A stretch of DNA of 64,000 bases from Macrostomum hystrix. Taxonomy: Eukaryota > Animalia > Platyhelminthes. The position numbers were made by a program, and so were the translations under genes. Where the stretch lies: NCBI GenBank assembly GCA_950097015.1, contig CATNEN010000010.1, positions 2,790,001 to 2,854,000 of the forward strand, in the 5' to 3' direction. This document shows positions 61,570-64,000 of this stretch, piece by piece. Under the pieces are notes generated by a model. The model ran no database searches and had not been told where the DNA came from. It saw nothing but the letters and a program-made list of their open reading frames with translations. How positions within the stretch are numbered: position 1 is the stretch's first letter; every line of letters starts with the position of its first letter.

Positions 61570-62196
61570 TTAGACCCTGACTGGCCAGCGGCCATGGCTA
61601 GACGGGTCCACAATGTGCCTATCGTTACTGATGGTGACACGCAGGCCGCCAGTGTTGGCCTCGCCGAGGCGCACCAACTGACAGGGCAACTCCTCGTCGC
61701 TTTCCTCATCAACTCTGATAACAGACAGACAGACCCGCTGCCGCTGCTGCTTATAATCAGACTGATAATAGTTGGCGTTCTCATCTCGGCTCCGAGAAGA
61801 CTGAATAGTAGTGTAGCGCGGTTTATAGCGACTGTGAAGCTTCTCCTGCTGGAGTGCGTGCTGGCCAAAGCTATACGATCGAAAAGCGCCACCACCTCGA
61901 CTAGCGCCTCGGTTGGCGCCGCCTGTTCTCTGTCGCTGGATAAGCGAGCAGATGTGGCTTGTCTCCTCTGTTTCTCGACCAAATGCGACTAACTCGCCAT
62001 TCACTAGGTGGATGTAGCCTACATTAGGCAAGCTGCGCATTAGTGAAGTCACATTGTCATGTCCAGCCAGATCGAGGGCGTGCCCGGCCAGGGCCCTGTA
62101 CTGGGCCTGCAGCTCGCATAGTCGGACACCATTCTTAGTGCTGAGAAGTACAGCCCGAAGCAGGCTGTCTTGAGCAGTGGGGCTGGGAGTCGACAT
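61570..62196 (-). CDS. eLOTUS/OST-HTH domain exon (TDRD7/TDRD5-like N-terminus)
   Basis: LRAVLLSTKNGVRLCELQAQYRALAG...SLMRSLP...ETEETSHICSLIQRQ matches the extended LOTUS pattern, followed by an RGG/RS-rich linker; ATG at 62196. Downstream exons were not found. Confidence 0.8.
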   Translation of the reverse strand: MSTPSPTAQDSLLRAVLLSTKNGVRLCELQAQYRALAGHALDLAGHDNVTSLMRSLPNVGYIHLVNGELVAFGRETEETSHICSLIQRQRTGGANRGASRGGGAFRSYSFGQHALQQEKLHSRYKPRYTTIQSSRSRDENANYYQSDYKQQRQRVCLSVIRVDEESDEELPCQLVRLGEANTGGLRVTISNDRHIVDPSSHGRWPVRV

Positions 62197-62568
62197 GAAT
62201 AAACAGCTGAAAATCAATAAGTAAGGATTAGAGCAAAGAGGCTAGCTAAGGAAAATGCTGTATACTTCATAAATATATAAATATTTGTAGAAATTGATTT
62301 ATTAGGCCTAGTCTAAGTGCTAATTAGACAATAAAAACAATTGAAGTATGCAGCTAAGTATTTTGAAAAGCCTACTCCTAACATTTACCAAACTAGTGTT
62401 TAGCATTAAGAAAGTATATTTGCCTGTTTAAATTGCACTTTTTGTTGTTGTGATTTGGAATCACATTAACAACAATTATAACACAGCTGTTTTTAATAAC
62501 AAAATGAATAATAAATAATACACAAATGAAGAAAAAAATTAAAAAAATCCATTTTAGATTTAAGACTA

Positions 62569-63058
62569 TCTATATATATAAAAGTGAAAACTCTGTCTGT
62601 GTGTGTGTCTGTGTGTGTGCAACCTTTTGTCTTTATAGACGCCGAAACCGCTCAACCAAATCGTACCAAACTTTGCACATACCTAAAACCACCTACGCTG
62701 AGTGCAATAGGCTACTCAAATTCCCGAAAAATCATTTCCTTCCTGCTCAAAAGTGCAAAAAACTGCTCAAAAATCGTCAAAAAAGCTCAAGGCAAAAGTT
62801 TACCCGAACCTGATGGTTCGATATGCTGACGTTGACTGGCTGTCAGAGAGGGCAATTCTGTGTCCTAGAAATGATGCCGCCAACGAAATTAACTACCAAC
62901 TGCTTCAGGAGTTGCCAGGTGCAGTTTTCACCTACAAGTCAATTGATACAACGTTGACTGATGACACCGCTGTGGAGTATCCTGTTGAGTTTCTGAACTC
63001 TCTAGATCCTCCTGGAACTCCATCGCACAACTTGCAGCTGAAAGTTGGGGCACCAGGG
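62569..63058 (+). mobile_element. Internally deleted Helitron fragment
   Basis: A|TCTATATATATAAA 5' start with GT-rich repeats; helicase fragment WLSERAILCPRND...YKSID...YPVEFLNSLDPPGTPSHNLQLKVGAP. Confidence 0.85.
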
Positions 63059-63122
63059 CTATTGTTATTGTTATGCCATGGCTATTTTCCTTATGTATAC
63101 GCGTGTACATGCATACTGTATA

Positions 63123-63395
63123 CAGAGGCAGATTTAGGGGGGGGCGGGAGGGCAGTCGCCCCCCTAAATTTTAATCATGGGAATAAGATGCCCCCACCAG
63201 GGGCGCCAGTCGCAGCACTGGCGCCCCTTTTCGGCCGCTGGCGCCCCTTTTTCAGCCGCTGGCTCCCGTTTTTCAGCCGCTGGCGCCCTTTCTTGGCTCC
63301 TGGCGCCCTTTTTCGGCCGCTGGCACCCCCTCTGTGATTCTCATGGCGCTCCCCTGACAGACCGCCCCAAAACAAAATTCCTGGATCTGCCACTG
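63123..63395. mobile_element. 273-bp hAT-type MITE
   Basis: TIR CAGAGGCAGAT...ATCTGCCACTG; perfect 8-bp TSD ACTGTATA (63115-63122 and 63396-63403); internal 21-bp repeats. Confidence 0.92.
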
Positions 63396-64000
63396 ACTGT
63401 ATAGAGGAGTGGCTAAGAGACATGTTTCTAAAGAAGTAATCAAGAGGGGGCTGTTTGGACAAACTTTTCACTTATTTTTTACTTAAAACGCCCTTAAACA
63501 AACTCTTCACTTTTCATTAATGCAGTAAATAAATAAATGGTGACCTTCACTATAAAGTTAATACAGAGACGTGAATTGCTTACTGCTGTGCTTTAAATTT
63601 CTGCCCCAAAAACAACGGGCAAAAAAGCTAGTAAATGTTTATAATGTTAAAGTTAGAAGCATTATATTTCTATAGGGCCTATGCTTTGTTTTTATAATAA
63701 TAATATAGACAATATGATATTTAAGCCTAACTATCTTTGTTTGTTCCTTTTTAAACAGCTATAACAGTGTAATATGACAATATAATATGGTGCCTAGAAA
63801 ATGTAGTGTCCTAGTTGTGCCACTATCAGTAGGCCTAGGCCTATTTGATATCATTGGATGAGATGCCTAAGCAACAAGATAAGCAAAGGCAAATTAGCAG
63901 TTTTGTTATTGACAAAGTTAATAGTACTAGGTGTACAGGTGGATAGTAGCATGGCCAATATAGCATTGGGGCCTAGTCAGTAAAATTAGTAAAATTTTAC

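Noticed and set aside
56997-63770. Right end of the CACTG element at AACAGTG|TA near 63769
   Set aside because: Only 6 bp match the left end and no GGCCGAA subterminal repeats are present.

Overview
Animal (metazoan) genomic DNA with spliceosomal introns. The repeat landscape and gene style suggest a flatworm such as Macrostomum, which is inference only. Host genes: the 5' part of an endosomal Na+/H+ exchanger (SLC9A6/7/9-like, minus, running off the left edge), a complete 4-exon MyoD-family bHLH gene with a long polyQ/polyA N-terminus (plus), an unannotated multi-exon gene with a BACK-like segment (minus), a 2-exon class II eIF4E (4EHP/eIF4E2, minus) and an eLOTUS-domain exon (TDRD5/7-like, minus). 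Mobile DNA: a decayed Crypton-type tyrosine-recombinase element with hairpin ends, a full-length but frameshifted Ty3/gypsy element with a 4-bp TSD plus a related solo LTR, MULE, hAT, P and CACTG-ended (CMC/EnSpm-like) remnants, two MITEs with perfect 8-bp TSDs, a Helitron fragment, LINE remnants and a tRNA-Asp-derived sequence. About 20 mini/microsatellite arrays are present, many filling introns. Two large inverted repeats dominate the structure. The first (8.8-17.7 kb) has near-identical 2.5-2.9 kb cores embedded in much older homology, consistent with arm-to-arm gene conversion. The second (44.6-50.1 kb) has two 1564-bp arms that are almost identical. No CRISPR array or prokaryotic system was seen. 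All alignments and identities were judged by eye.
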